A program made the translations under genes and the position numbers. From Candidatus Bathyarchaeota archaeon (GTDB taxonomy: Archaea > Thermoproteota > Bathyarchaeia > Bathyarchaeales > Bathycorpusculaceae), in contig CAVZJV010000014.1 of the NCBI GenBank assembly GCA_963775685.1, positions 2,208,001 through 2,272,000 of the forward strand: 64,000 nucleotides of DNA, in the 5' to 3' direction. Positions 21,734 through 35,410 of this stretch are shown piece by piece; the stretch's first letter is position 1, and each line of letters starts with the position of its first letter. The notes under the pieces were generated by a model. That model was given only the letters and a program-made list of their open reading frames with translations, made no database searches and was not told where the DNA came from.

Positions 21734-22765
21734 ATGCCCAGAACAACCCCGCCGTGGGAAACCCAACGCCAATTGCTAACAAAAAAAGAAGACTACACCG
21801 ACCCAAAATACGGTTGCAAACCCTCTGAGCGACCAGCAAAAGAATACATCAAATATGGTACCATAAACCTCGATAAGCCTGCCGGTCCGACAAGCCACGA
21901 AGTTGCGGCATGGGTCAAAAAAATCATGCATTTAGAAACGATTGGGCACGGAGGAACCCTCGACCCCAAAGTCACAGGTGTTTTACCAATCACACTTGAG
22001 GACGCGACCAAAATGGTTCAGGCGCTGCTTCACAGCGGCAAAGAATATGTCTGCGTCATGAAACTGCACGGCGACGTAGGCGAGGACCAGGTTAAGAGTG
22101 TTTTGGCTGAATTTGAGGATGAAATCTATCAACGTCCACCTTTACGTTCATCAGTCAAACGGCAAATCCGTACTAGGCGCATATACTATAACAATTACAT
22201 GGAGATGGATGGACGAAATGTTCTCTTCAAAGTCGGCTGCGAAGGCGGAACATACATCCGTAAACTCTGCTTTGACATCGGCGAAATCCTAGGCGTTGGC
22301 GCTCACATGCAGGAGCTCCGTCGAACCCGCGCAGGGCCATTCCTTGAAACCAGCGCCAAAAAAGTTACGTTGCATGATGTTGCTTACTGGTTTGGTGAAT
22401 ACGAAGCGAAAAAAGAGCAGTCATTCTTGTGCAAGTTCATTGAGCCCATGGAAGTTGCTCTAATGCAGGTCCCCAAAATCATCGTTCGCGATTCAGCCGT
22501 TGATGCTCTTTGCCACGGCGCCAACTTGACCGCGCCAGGTGTGTTGCAGGTTGATACGGGTATCATGAAGGATTCAGTGGTTGCGATTTTCACGTTAAAG
22601 GGCGAAGCAGTTGCGTTAGCTAAAGCGCTTGTTTCAACCCAAGAGATAATGGAGCTAAACCATGGCGCAGTTGCTGCTCTTGCACGTGTGCTTATGCCAC
22701 GGGGCACTTACCCAAAAGTTTGGAAAAGTAGGGGCGCCAATGAGCAAAGACCCAAAGAACGTTGA
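21734..22765 (+). CDS. cbf5: H/ACA pseudouridine synthase Cbf5
   Basis: NLDKPAGPTSHEV, GHGGTLDPKVTGVLP, GTYIRKLC, PUA domain. Confidence 0.96.
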   Translation: MPRTTPPWETQRQLLTKKEDYTDPKYGCKPSERPAKEYIKYGTINLDKPAGPTSHEVAAWVKKIMHLETIGHGGTLDPKVTGVLPITLEDATKMVQALLHSGKEYVCVMKLHGDVGEDQVKSVLAEFEDEIYQRPPLRSSVKRQIRTRRIYYNNYMEMDGRNVLFKVGCEGGTYIRKLCFDIGEILGVGAHMQELRRTRAGPFLETSAKKVTLHDVAYWFGEYEAKKEQSFLCKFIEPMEVALMQVPKIIVRDSAVDALCHGANLTAPGVLQVDTGIMKDSVVAIFTLKGEAVALAKALVSTQEIMELNHGAVAALARVLMPRGTYPKVWKSRGANEQRPKER

Positions 22766-23354
22766 GCACTATTTTGCCTGTGCACCCAGATCTCAGGAAC
22801 GCTTCGGACTTGTTCGAACTATCCTTTGCGGTAAATCCTTCGAGTTTTTGACTGCCTCGAGTGTTTTTTCGAAGCGAAAGATTGATTCTGGCACCAGGCT
22901 GCTCATCGAAGCCATGGTGCTGCCTCAAACAGGCTGCGTTCTTGACATCGGCTGCGGATACGGTGCTGTCGGAATATCCATCGCTAAACTCAACCCCAAA
23001 CTGCACGTAGTCATGACGGATGTGAACGCCCGAGCAGTGCGCTTAGCCAAGAAAAACGTGGAGTTAAACAGAGTAACAAACACCGAGGTACGTTACGGCT
23101 TCTTCTATGAGCCTGTGGAGAATTTGAAGTTCAATTGCATTCTGTCGAATCCTCCTGTAAGTGCCGGCATGGAAACAGTGAAAGCAATAGTGACGGGTGC
23201 TCCTATAGAAATGTCGACCGACGCGAGTTTTCAAATGGTTATCCGCTCCAAAATTGGCGCAAAATTATTGCCTTCTCTTTTTACTGAAACTTTTGGCAAT
23301 TGTACAGTTCTTGCTCGTGAGAGTGGTTTTAGGGTACTCGTAGGCAAGATTTAG
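22740..23354 (+). CDS. Class I SAM-dependent methyltransferase (RsmC/MTS family)
   Basis: SVFS...IDSGTRLL, VLDIGCGYG, ILSNPP. Confidence 0.9.
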   Translation: MSKDPKNVEHYFACAPRSQERFGLVRTILCGKSFEFLTASSVFSKRKIDSGTRLLIEAMVLPQTGCVLDIGCGYGAVGISIAKLNPKLHVVMTDVNARAVRLAKKNVELNRVTNTEVRYGFFYEPVENLKFNCILSNPPVSAGMETVKAIVTGAPIEMSTDASFQMVIRSKIGAKLLPSLFTETFGNCTVLARESGFRVLVGKI

Positions 23355-23693
23355 CGTCGGTGCTGAGCTTATCGAGTTTTTTTAGGTTTCTTAATTTCGC
23401 GAGTTTTGGTAGACGACAAGTGAACATTTATCAGATATGACCTTTTTCGGTGAGTTTTCTTCTTAACTTGAGCTTTCAACAGTTTCTGCAAAGGTCAATT
23501 TAGCTTTAGATGAAGGGAAGTCTACTATCTGTTGGTGAAAAGAGAGTGTCTCTAAAAGTTCAACACAGCAATTCGCATTGAGTACGAGAATCTTTAGAGC
23601 ACACGAGCAAGGACTATTTCTGCCAAAGTACCGCAAACTTGAAAAAGCCACCCCAACATAACAAAAGAAAACATTACAAGGCAGTGGACTGGG

Positions 23694-23924
23694 ATGAAAC
23701 TAAACAAGATCGACGAAAAAGTCTACCAAACCCTCAAAACAGAAGGAAAGGAATTAACCCTGCAGGAACTAACTGACAAAACAGGTGAACCCTCAAAAAA
23801 AGTCTTCAAATCACTAAAAAAGTTTTTCGAGCAAGAAATCATAGAGACCAAAGCTCGAAAATACTCTTTGACTGGAAAAGACCCCAAAACCGCGAAAGAA
23901 GAAGAACCCAAACCAAAAGAATAA
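23694..23924 (+). CDS. Small winged-helix DNA-binding protein
   Basis: LTLQELTDKTGEPSKKVFKSLKKFFEQEII HTH pattern. Confidence 0.7.
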   Translation: MKLNKIDEKVYQTLKTEGKELTLQELTDKTGEPSKKVFKSLKKFFEQEIIETKARKYSLTGKDPKTAKEEEPKPKE

Positions 23925-23934
23925 AAATTTCTTG

Positions 23935-24011
23935 TGGAGCCTCGAGCGGGCCTTGCTCCCGCGGCCTGCTGCTTACAAGGCAGCCGCTCTACTGGGCTGA
24001 GCTATCGAGGC
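23935..24011 (-). tRNA. tRNA-Thr(TGT) with non-canonical D- and T-loops, CCA encoded
   Basis: GCCTCGA/TCGAGGC acceptor, GCTC/GAGC D-stem, GCTGC-CTTGTAA-GCAGC anticodon arm, GCGGG/CCCGC T-stem with loop AGCAAGG. Confidence 0.85.
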
Positions 24012-24180
24012 ACATGCAGATTCATTTTTGCATCAACACATAAAAACCTACCCAAATAAAAGTTGTTGCTAACGGTACTGAAGGCGATTTATCGCCAAAG
24101 TCCTTAAGAGGACAAATTGGGTAGTGCCTCTTACATAAATGGGATAAAAATTACTATTCTCGCATAGTTAGGTCAAGCTA

Positions 24181-25383
24181 ATGAAGCTCGTGAAAAAGAG
24201 GTCAATGATGGTCTTTGCAGGTTTACTTTTTAGTTGTTTTAGCAAGTATATTACTGTTTGAAAAAGTATCGATTAATGATCCCAAAGGAAGAATGAATTG
24301 TTATGTTGGGGTTGCTTTTGGCGGCAACACCATTGAGGAAGCAAAACTTTTGGATTGACCGAACAAAAGAATACTCAAACCTCTTCATTCTTTAGTCGGG
24401 TCCAATAAGCATGAACGAAACTGCATAAATGAAATTTGTAACTATGCCGTTACATCAGGGCTAAATATTATCGTTTACTTCGGCGAGCTATACCCGAGAA
24501 TACTATCGCAGAAGGATTTGACGTGGCGAACGTCGTGGATTGGCAATGCCAGAAAACTTTATGGTGACCCTTTTTTGGGTGTATATTACTATGATGAAAG
24601 CGGCGGAATTTACCTTGACTCTGACAAAAATGTACAAATTGGCGTTTGACTCCTAACTCGATCTATGATTCAGTCGCGTAAATATTTGAGACCGGCTTCT
24701 TGAAAGACCCTGGAACTATCTCATTAAAGAATAGAAACATCCCGATTTTTTGCTCTGATTATTTGCTCTATTGATTTGATTATCTTTCTGGCTACGATAG
24801 AGTTCTAGCGAGGTCGGGTGGAATCATACTTTGGTAAGAGATATTGCGTTGATTAGAGTGGCAGCAAATTTCCAGCATAAGGACTGAGGAGTTATAATCA
24901 CTTGGAAATATACAAATCCTCCCTATTTCCTTGATACGGGAGCAGCAATTTATGAAAAAAATGTGTTCCGCCTATGTAGTTGGTGCCAAATACATAGTCA
25001 TCTTCAATTATCCCTACACGAACGATACTTATGGAATAATGGGCGATGAACACTTTGCAGCTCTTGAAAAGTTCTGGAACGAAGTAGCACAGAACAAAAT
25101 AATGAAGTGCAATTCTGCTGAAGCTGCGTTAGTTTTGCGCAAAAACTGCGGTTATGGATTGCGTTATCCTGAGGATAAGATTTGGGGATTTTGGGGTCCA
25201 GATGAAAAGTCGTCAATAATATGGGAGATGATCCAGGGATTGTTGAGTCATTATGGTTATTCCCTTGACATTGTATACGACGATTGTTGCTTAACTTTCC
25301 TAAATAGCTATAAAACGGTATATTCTGGAATTCAACCCTTGCCTAAAAGTTACCCATTGGCAACGGGCCGAATAGTCATTTGA
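24181..25383 (+). pseudogene. Degraded paralog of the secreted protein at 50107-51309
   Basis: Shared motifs VGVAFGGNT.EEAKLLIDR.K.YSNLF, YGIM.DEHF.ALEKFW, IWGFWGPD; in-frame TAG/TGA at 24393, 24772, 24885 plus indels. Confidence 0.8.
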
Positions 25384-25567
25384 TATTTTTGTGATATTAA
25401 CATTGCAGTATTGTGGTTTTGATTCTATATATATTGGGCGGGGTCAGCTGTGAGAAGTCGCGACGTTTAACTTGACGTTATTTTGCTATAAATACGGGTT
25501 TTTTCAAGTTACTTTGAGCGTGAGGTCTTTTGGCTTATAGCGTCGCTTTTAAGTCTTCATATTGCTT

Positions 25568-25620
25568 CATGCATAGGCCAAACAACAACGACGCAACACA
25601 CTATACAATGAAATATGTGT
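25568..25620 (+). repeat. Exact 53-bp direct repeat, copy 1 (copy 2 at 25977-26029)
   Basis: CATGCATAGGCCAAACAACAACGACGCAACACACTATACAATGAAATATGTGT occurs twice, 409 bp apart. Confidence 0.92.
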
Positions 25621-25840
25621 GGCATCTGAACGCTGTTTTTTCCTACGGGTGTTAAACGGGACAAAAAATGTTTCTGTTGTTCTATATTTAACGACAATCT
25701 TATATGTTGGAAAGTTGCTAGTATGGTTCCCCACGTATGCAACTCGGCAACGAAACATTTGCTTGAGTGAAGAACCCAAAGGAAGCCAGAGACGCACACC
25801 AAAACATCGATAACAAACCATGCTGCTGTTCAACGATACA

Positions 25841-25858
25841 CTTATATTAACGAAATCT
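25841..25858 (+). promoter_or_regulatory. Putative rRNA promoter TATA element
   Basis: CTTATATTAACGAAATCT; a similar TATATTTAACGACAATCT lies near 25683. Confidence 0.4.
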
Positions 25859-25975
25859 GCTTCTATTGCAGTTCAGCAATTATGGGTTATACCATAAAAA
25901 AGATGCAACTCCCCACTTAACCGTGTGGAGTGAAGGGTGAGATGAGTTCCTGATCACTGGGAATTCACAATGACA

Positions 25976-26056
25976 CCATGCATAGGCCAAACAACAACGA
26001 CGCAACACACTATACAATGAAATATGTGTTTCACCAAACGCCAAACAGACACTACC
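25976..26056 (+). other. 5' strand of the 23S pre-rRNA processing stem with bulge-helix-bulge
   Basis: CCATGCATAGGCCAAACA pairs with TGTTTGGCCTATGCATGG (~29151-29168); CAGACACTAC pairs with GTAGTGTCTG (~29094-29103); 3-nt bulges AAA and ATA flank a 4-nt helix. Confidence 0.8.
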
Positions 26057-26059
26057 ATT

Positions 26060-29092
<3,033 letters not shown>

Positions 29093-29387
29093 TGTAGTGT
29101 CTGAGCGATATTTGGTTGAAACGCATCTTTCGGTACGGTGTGAAGTGAAGTGTTTGGCCTATGCATGGCGTAACTGTCATATTGCTGAAAGAATTTTTAT
29201 TTTTTTGGATATTTTATTTTGTTTTCTTTTGTCCATTTTCTCTTTAACTAATGGGATTAGCCTTTGTGGAGTTTAGTTGTTTGAGGGTGCACGTTATGGC
29301 TTAGAGATGATTTATTTGGTGTGTTTGTGGGAATTCTGGGATTTTTCTGGGCAAAAGTTATATCGGCAAACTACGGCTAAACCTTTT

Positions 29388-29528
29388 ATGCCAGATAAAA
29401 CAAAAGTGCCCCTGTGTCCCACTTGTTTTATAGAAATGACGCCCAAATGCAACAGCCAAAACGTAGTAATCTACCACCAATGTCCCCAATGCGGAACCCT
29501 GATCTTATTTACTCACTCAGGACACTAA
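29388..29528 (+). CDS. 46-aa zinc-finger micro-protein
   Basis: CPTC...CPQCG pairs; TTATAT box upstream suggests a leaderless transcript. Confidence 0.55.
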   Translation: MPDKTKVPLCPTCFIEMTPKCNSQNVVIYHQCPQCGTLILFTHSGH

Positions 29529-29589
29529 CTGATTAACGAATTAAGAAAAGTTGAGTAGTTTGCCAAGTCTTGGTCACTGAGGGGTTTAG

Positions 29590-30258
29590 CCAGCGCTCTT
29601 TCATACTCGGGATAAATTACAAATAAATTATACATAGTTCATTATTGAGTTGTCCGTTAAATCGAGTACAAATTTGGTGAATTCTGCATCATTTAGGCTG
29701 TATTTTTACGATCACTCCTGTTTTTTAGGGTTAATTAAGTACGCTTTTTGAGTTTGGTCATCTGGCAAGACCAAGCCTGTGAAGATACACCCAAACTTTG
29801 TGCGATTTCACTGTGTAGCCGGAAGGGGTTGAGAAAAAATCGTTAGGATTTTGGCACCGGTTTCGTGCCTTACTCCGAGAAATCAGCTTCAAATCTGACT
29901 GTAAAACTTCTAACTATGCCGTATGTTCAAGCGCAGTTAGGTAATGTTGTGCCACGCAGCCACAAATAAACCCAAGCTATCGTAGATAACTCTGAAATGT
30001 ACTCTGGATTGCTTGTGAAAAATTCGTCAATTTCCAGTCTTGTCGGGTGGTCAAGAGGCAATGCCGAGTTGGTGTGCGCGCCTATCCAATAACGATGGGA
30101 ACCGAAGCTTTCAGTTGCTGTAGGTTGTCACCACGTTGGTCACTGCCTAAACCATAAAGTACGTCAGGCGTGTTAGTTGCCACTGCAAAACAAACAGAAA
30201 TTGCAAGCATAGTTAAGCAGATTGCTAGAGCGACTTTCGGTTCAAAGATCTTTAACAT
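29590..30258 (-). pseudogene. Degraded membrane-anchored winged-helix regulator
   Basis: Joined frames read PLDHPTRLEI..F..SNP.VHFRVIYDSLGL...AQHYLTALE; many stops and indels. Confidence 0.5.
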
Positions 30259-30351
30259 GAAAGTTTGTTGTATTTCGCTATTTATCGCCACAAATGGATG
30301 ACGGTTCGGGAAGTCAGGATAATCGCGAGGCTATGGACCAAAAATATGCCT

Positions 30352-30371
30352 GGTTCAAATATGTTTGAACC
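30352..30371. promoter_or_regulatory. Inverted repeat GGTTCAAA-TATG-TTTGAACC, putative operator
   Basis: Perfect 8-bp arms just upstream of a TTTATA box. Confidence 0.45.
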
Positions 30372-30429
30372 TGAATTTCAAATTCATAAAAGCTATTTAT
30401 ATCCTCAGCAAACGTGTTTCTGATTCAAA

Positions 30430-30567
30430 ATGAAGTGTAAACAAAAACTTGAAACCTCCGTTTTAGATTTCCCGATTACCATTGACTATTTAGACTTAGA
30501 CCTAGCTGAGCAAGTGGTCGAGGAAGCCTTCATTAGAGAACCAAAGAAACGAAGAAGAAAAGCATAA
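30430..30567 (+). CDS. 45-aa hypothetical protein with basic C-terminus
   Basis: MKCKQKLETSVLDFPITIDYLDLDLAEQVVEEAFIREPKKRRRKA; TTTATAT box ~30 bp upstream. Confidence 0.45.
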   Translation: MKCKQKLETSVLDFPITIDYLDLDLAEQVVEEAFIREPKKRRRKA

Positions 30568-30690
30568 TACCTTTACTTCGTGTTGCCTGCTCGCGAACAT
30601 TATTTCTGTTTACTTCTTTGTTGATTGTTCAAATCATTACTTGAATAAAGACTTAGAAAAAAGTTGAAGACTGTTGAGTTTGCGAATGTC

Positions 30691-30909
30691 TTATTCGCCC
30701 CAGTCTTCGCCTTCAATGGTTAACTCTTGAAGATCTATGCATCCACCTCCATCTGGTATTTTTTTAACTTCGAGTTCAAGTCCGCAGCCTGGGCAGCTTA
30801 GGATTTCTCCTTTTTCTGTGTCGCTGGGAATGGTTAGTTCGAATTCGCATTCTGGACATTTGGTTTTGTTATCCAAATTTTGAATTTTTGAGTTTGTTGG
30901 TTTTATCAT
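30691..30909 (-). CDS. lysW: Amino-group carrier protein LysW
   Basis: CPEC...GEILSCPGCG.ELEV and C-terminal EDWGE. Confidence 0.92.
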   Translation of the reverse strand: MIKPTNSKIQNLDNKTKCPECEFELTIPSDTEKGEILSCPGCGLELEVKKIPDGGGCIDLQELTIEGEDWGE

Positions 30910-30962
30910 TTTTTTCTCTCTTTTGGGTTGGTTCTTTTATAGTTTTGGAGGTCTTTTAAGTA

Positions 30963-31011
30963 TTGTGACTTTTATGTCACAAATTGCACTATTTGTGTTC
31001 CATTTGGAACA
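30963..31011. promoter_or_regulatory. Two palindromes upstream of lysW
   Basis: TTGTGAC-TTTTAT-GTCACAA and TGTTCCA-TT-TGGAACA. Confidence 0.45.
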
Positions 31012-31062
31012 ATTGCCTTTTTTCTATGGAAAAAACATTTATTTTGGAAAAAAAATTCTTGA

Positions 31063-32014
31063 TTGCTAACGGTGGAATTTGGAGAACATAGAAATGGGGA
31101 GTTGGATGAGGTATCATTGCTAAGAAAGGCCCTGTTGATTGTTGCCTTCTCGTTTCTGTTCTACAACATCTATCTGGTCATAACTGCAACAGTCTTTGTT
31201 TCCCACTTCCCTTCCATAGTTGCCCAATTACCCCATGTCATAAAAAGCACCCAGCCGAACCTGCAACTGGGCCTTTTCTTATTCCAAGAGCTTTCTGGAT
31301 TAGTTGGTAGCTGCCTACGTTTTGCAGGTTCAATACTTGCCTTGATTAGTGCCCTGCTCTTTTTGCGAAAAGACCCTGAATATCTTGGAAAACTTAGATT
31401 CGCTTTCCTTTTTGATTCGCTTTACTTTTTGCTGCTTTTACCAGCTGCAATCAACCACTTAGCAGGTTCAGTGATCTCGAATAGTCCATTTTTGAATTTT
31501 TACACGGGGGTTTCATTCTTGCTTCAGGTGATGCTGATTTTTCCTCCGATGTTTATGCTTAGCCGCAAAGCTAAGGAATCCCCAAGCTGTCCACCCGATT
31601 CTAAAATGGGTTAGTATAGCTGTTCCTTTTTATGTTTTGGGCTTGTGGATTAAACATAGCTTAATGTGGGTGTATGCTATTTCGCCTTCAGAAACCCAGA
31701 AGAACAGCTTGGTTGGAACATTTGGTTTTGTTAATTCGTGGTTAACTCTGCTGGTTGCCGCTATTGTTTGCACAATTGTTTTCTTAACTTTTAGGGAAAA
31801 GTGCAAACTTAACATCAAGTTTGTTGGGATAGCGTTAATTTTGATGAGTGGTTACTTTTTGATTTATGATTTGGTCTCGATTTGGGACCCGATTTACCGT
31901 GCTTTCCTGCCTCTGACCGATTTTTGGATGATAACGCTGATAGTTGTGGGGATTGCAGTATTGCTGAACTTAAACCCGCGTGAAAAGTCTGTTACACTTT
32001 TCCAAAGTTATTAA
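31063..32014 (+). CDS. Multi-pass membrane protein, frameshift near 31575
   Basis: Two consecutive hydrophobic ORFs that join by a single indel. Confidence 0.6.
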
Positions 32015-32073
32015 ATCTTGCATCTGCCAGTTATTTGGTTGCTCGAAAAAGATGTCTATTGCAGGTGGTTTAC

Positions 32074-33135
32074 ATGAGGGTTATCTTCCATTTAGATATG
32101 GATCACTTCTACACAGCGGTTGAGGAGCGGGAACGCCCCGAAATCAAAGGTAAACCCGTCATAGTTGGTGCTGATCCCAAAGAAGGCAAAGGCAGAGGCG
32201 TCGTTAGTACAAGCAATTATGAAGCTAGAAAATCAGGCGTGCGCTCGGGAATGCCCATTTCTATAGCTTGGCGGCTTTGTCCAAGGGCGGTTTATTTGCT
32301 CCCTAGCTTTCCATTGTACATTCAGGTTTCAAGCGAAATCATGGCGTTAGCTCGTAAGTACGCTGGGAAGTTTGAGCAGTGGGGGATTGATGAAGCTTTT
32401 TTAGATGTCTCGGAAAAGGTTGGGACTTGGGCTGAGGCTGAGGTGTTGGCGCAGAGAATTAAGCAGGAGATTAAGGAGAAAGTGGGACTCACCGCCTCAA
32501 TGGGCGTGGGACCCAACAAGCTCGTTGCTAAAGTTGCCAGCGACTTTCAGAAACCCGACGGCTTAACTATCGTTAAAGAAGAGGAAGTTGAAAAATTTCT
32601 TGCTCCTCTTCCCGTTTGCAAGCTGCTTTGGGTGGGACGTAAAACTGAAGCAAAACTAAAAGAACTGGGTATAAACACCATTTGTGATCTGGCACACTAC
32701 AATCCGCCAGCGTTGACTTCAATGTTTGGAGTGATGGGTTTGCAGATGCATCTGATGGCTAAGGGAATCGACAAAAGTGAAGTGGAAGAACGCATTGGCG
32801 TAAAAAGTGTAAGCCATGAGACTACTTTTGAGGAAGACACCGCTGAATCAACCCTCATTTTTCAAGCTTTGGATGCGCTCTGCGAGGATGTTTTGAAGGA
32901 AACCGTTGACCAGCACCTGCTGTTTAAAACGGTGACAATTAAGATTCGCTATCAGGGCTTTGAAACTCACACAAGAAGCAAAACCTTGCCGTTTTTAACT
33001 AACCGTCTCCATGACCTGCAAAAAACCGCTAACGAGTTACTTTTTGCTAATTTGCAGAAAGACCGTAAAGTCAGGTTGATTGGGGTGCGGGTTTCAAGTT
33101 TAGTTTCGGGCGAAAAACAGATGCGGCTCCTTTAG
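32074..33135 (+). CDS. dinB: Y-family DNA polymerase IV
   Basis: IFHLDMDHFY, STSNYEAR.SGV.SGM, GIDEAFLD, NKLVAKVASD..KPDG. Confidence 0.96.
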   Translation: MRVIFHLDMDHFYTAVEERERPEIKGKPVIVGADPKEGKGRGVVSTSNYEARKSGVRSGMPISIAWRLCPRAVYLLPSFPLYIQVSSEIMALARKYAGKFEQWGIDEAFLDVSEKVGTWAEAEVLAQRIKQEIKEKVGLTASMGVGPNKLVAKVASDFQKPDGLTIVKEEEVEKFLAPLPVCKLLWVGRKTEAKLKELGINTICDLAHYNPPALTSMFGVMGLQMHLMAKGIDKSEVEERIGVKSVSHETTFEEDTAESTLIFQALDALCEDVLKETVDQHLLFKTVTIKIRYQGFETHTRSKTLPFLTNRLHDLQKTANELLFANLQKDRKVRLIGVRVSSLVSGEKQMRLL

Positions 33136-33683
33136 AGTTCTGTGATTTTCTTTAGCACGAGAGGTTTTCCGAACTCTTCTTCGCTGGTAACTTCGCTGAT
33201 GTTTTTTCTTGTGCGCACCAGGTTTAGGAGTTTGTTTGATAAATCTACTTTTTCGCCTGGGTAGCCGACGGCTAACATGACGAGGACCTCAAAGTTGTCG
33301 GGGACTTTTAGAACTTTGGCGACTTCTTTTTCGTTGAAGCTGCCTACGCAGCAGGTTCCTAACCCTTCACTTACTGCGGTTAAAACCATGTTTTCCACAG
33401 CTAAGGCAACGTCGATGGCGTACCAGTCTGGTGAGGCTTTCTTGTCGCCGCATGCAACAATCACAAGCGGTGATTGTGTTAAGAACTTAGCCCATGTGCC
33501 TCCTGACAACGCTTTGCGTTTCTGGGCGTTGGTTACTGTGATGAAGTGCCAGGGTTCGATGTTCTTTGCTGAAGGCGATAGTCGTCCAGCCTCCAAAATC
33601 TTCTCGATCTTTTCTCTCTCAACTGATTTGTCTTGGTAGCTGCGGATTGAACGCCGTTCCTGTATTGCTTCAAAAACATCCAT
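33132..33683 (-). CDS. Nitroreductase family protein
   Basis: AIQERRSIRSY, SPSAKNIEPW, LTAVSEGLGTC. Confidence 0.92.
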   Translation of the reverse strand: MDVFEAIQERRSIRSYQDKSVEREKIEKILEAGRLSPSAKNIEPWHFITVTNAQKRKALSGGTWAKFLTQSPLVIVACGDKKASPDWYAIDVALAVENMVLTAVSEGLGTCCVGSFNEKEVAKVLKVPDNFEVLVMLAVGYPGEKVDLSNKLLNLVRTRKNISEVTSEEEFGKPLVLKKITEL

Positions 33684-33920
33684 TTGGGTCTCTTCCTATA
33701 CAGCAAATAACTTTGTAGACTAATATTGGTTTTTAGCCGTTTAGCTCTCAGTTTTATTTATTCAAGTAGCTGCTGCTTTAAGTTGAATTATGAGAAAGAA
33801 TAGTTGTTCAAAGTTTTTTCTCAATTGAAGAACAACACCAATTGTGTTTGCATTTTTCGGTGGGCTTGTTTTGGGGTGCCTTTTTACTTTAGACTTGTGG
33901 CGTCTGCAGGTTGCGTCTGG

Positions 33921-33957
33921 AAAAGTCACAAAACGTCACAAAAAGTCAAAAGCGTCA
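33921..33957 (+). repeat. 10-bp phased tandem repeat (AAAAGTCACA-like, 3-4 copies)
   Basis: AAAAGTCACA AAACGTCACA AAAAGTCAAA AGCGTCA. Confidence 0.55.
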
Positions 33958-34210
33958 TGTGGGAAGAACAACAAACTTGTTTTTGCGGAGTTCTAAGTCA
34001 AAGTCACATCAGGAATAATTGTTAGATTTAACATTATGCAAGTCTTGGTTCAAATTATGTTTTAGTGCAATATTGCTGAAAAATTTTGGTATTTGTTAGT
34101 TTTGGAAAGCTATGGAAGTTGAAGATTCGATGCAGGGTAAACATAGTTGATCTGAAAGATTATGCAGTGCAAAAACGCTGTTAATCATCTTCTCTGGCTT
34201 TGTTTACTGA

Positions 34211-34868
34211 TTAGTTTTCGTATTTTGTTGGGTCAGCGACGCCTGTTTCCTGAAAGGCTTTTTTGCGGTTTCGCAAGATTCGCATATGCCACAGTGTTTC
34301 TGGCGCCGACGGTAGCAGGACCATGTGAGTTCGAAAGGCACGCTTAATTCTGCGCCTCTATTGAACAAGTCGGATTTGTGTTTACCGCTGAAGGGTGCTT
34401 GGATGCTGATTTCTTGACATGTGCCCAATTTTGCAGTCTTTTCAAATGCTTCGTAGAATTCTCTTCGGCAATCAGGGTAGAACGGTTCATCTGAGCCTTG
34501 TGCGCCGTAAAAGATCTATGTCCGCACCAACTGCGACGGCGTAGGCAACTGCTGCTGAAAGGAAGATAGCGTTGCGGAACGGGACAATGATGGGCTGGCA
34601 CTGAACTCGGAGGTCAACGGGATGTTGCTGTTGCAAAGTGAGGTTACATTGCTGAAGATTTCCTTTAGAGCAGAGAGATCGACAATTTTTGTTTTGGTGC
34701 CGAGTTTATAGGCGATTTTTTGTGCGCATTGGGTTTCTTTCATTGCGATTTGTCCGTAGTTGAAGGTTATGGGGTAAATTTGGTAGCCTTGTTTTTTTGC
34801 CCAGTACGCGACTGTTGCGGAGTCAGGTCCGCCGCTGAGAACGATTACGCATTTTTTTTAGGGTTCAT
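34211..34868 (-). CDS. queC: 7-cyano-7-deazaguanine (preQ0) synthase, multiple frameshifts
   Basis: Joined frames: VIVLSGGPDSAT, FNYGQ, VPFRNAIF, YPDCREEF, TWSCY...HCGICESC. Confidence 0.9.
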
Positions 34869-34884
34869 TTATTGTTCCTCTCTT

Positions 34885-35405
34885 TTAATGGAGGTTTTTG
34901 ATAGCTCCGAACCATCTTTGGAATATGCCTGTTCTTTTCAGTAACTTGAAAATTGGCCATCCGACTGAGTACGTCATGCAATAGTGTTTCCAATGGAGAC
35001 GTAAGCGATAGTCAGGGAAGAAGTGGCAGTACCGTACAGGGTCAGACAGCATCCATCCGACTGTTGTGCCTAAGACAGCGGAGTAAGCGACGCATGTTCC
35101 AATCACTGTATAGTCGTTTTTAGTGCGTTTGTAAATGTAGTAGACTACAAAGGACATGCAAATGAAGGAATAGTGTTGAGAAGTCGATGGACCAAATGGC
35201 GAAGAAATGTTTCCAACAAATACTCCTATTGTGTGACCTAAAACCCCTGGCGATGCCCAGCAATGGGAACTGCTCCCAGCAAGGATCGGCTATTCGAAGT
35301 TGAATTGGTCCATAAGAGAATAGTCCGAGGTATACGACAACTAATAGCTGCATAAAGTGAGCATAAATTGCTATAAGGGCTATATCTTTAGATGTGTATT
35401 TTCAA
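34885..35405 (-). CDS. queT: QueT-family queuosine-precursor transporter (ECF S-component type), multiple frameshifts
   Basis: Joined frames: YTSKDIALIAIYA.LYAA...FSYGPIQLRIAD matches the QueT signature; lies directly upstream of queC. Confidence 0.8.
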
Positions 35406-35410
35406 TGCAT

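Noticed and set aside
24393-24887. In-frame TAG/TGA at Gln/Trp positions suggesting stop-codon recoding
   Set aside because: The same gene also has indels; intact genes use TGG for Trp and TGA/TAG as stops; pseudogene is simpler
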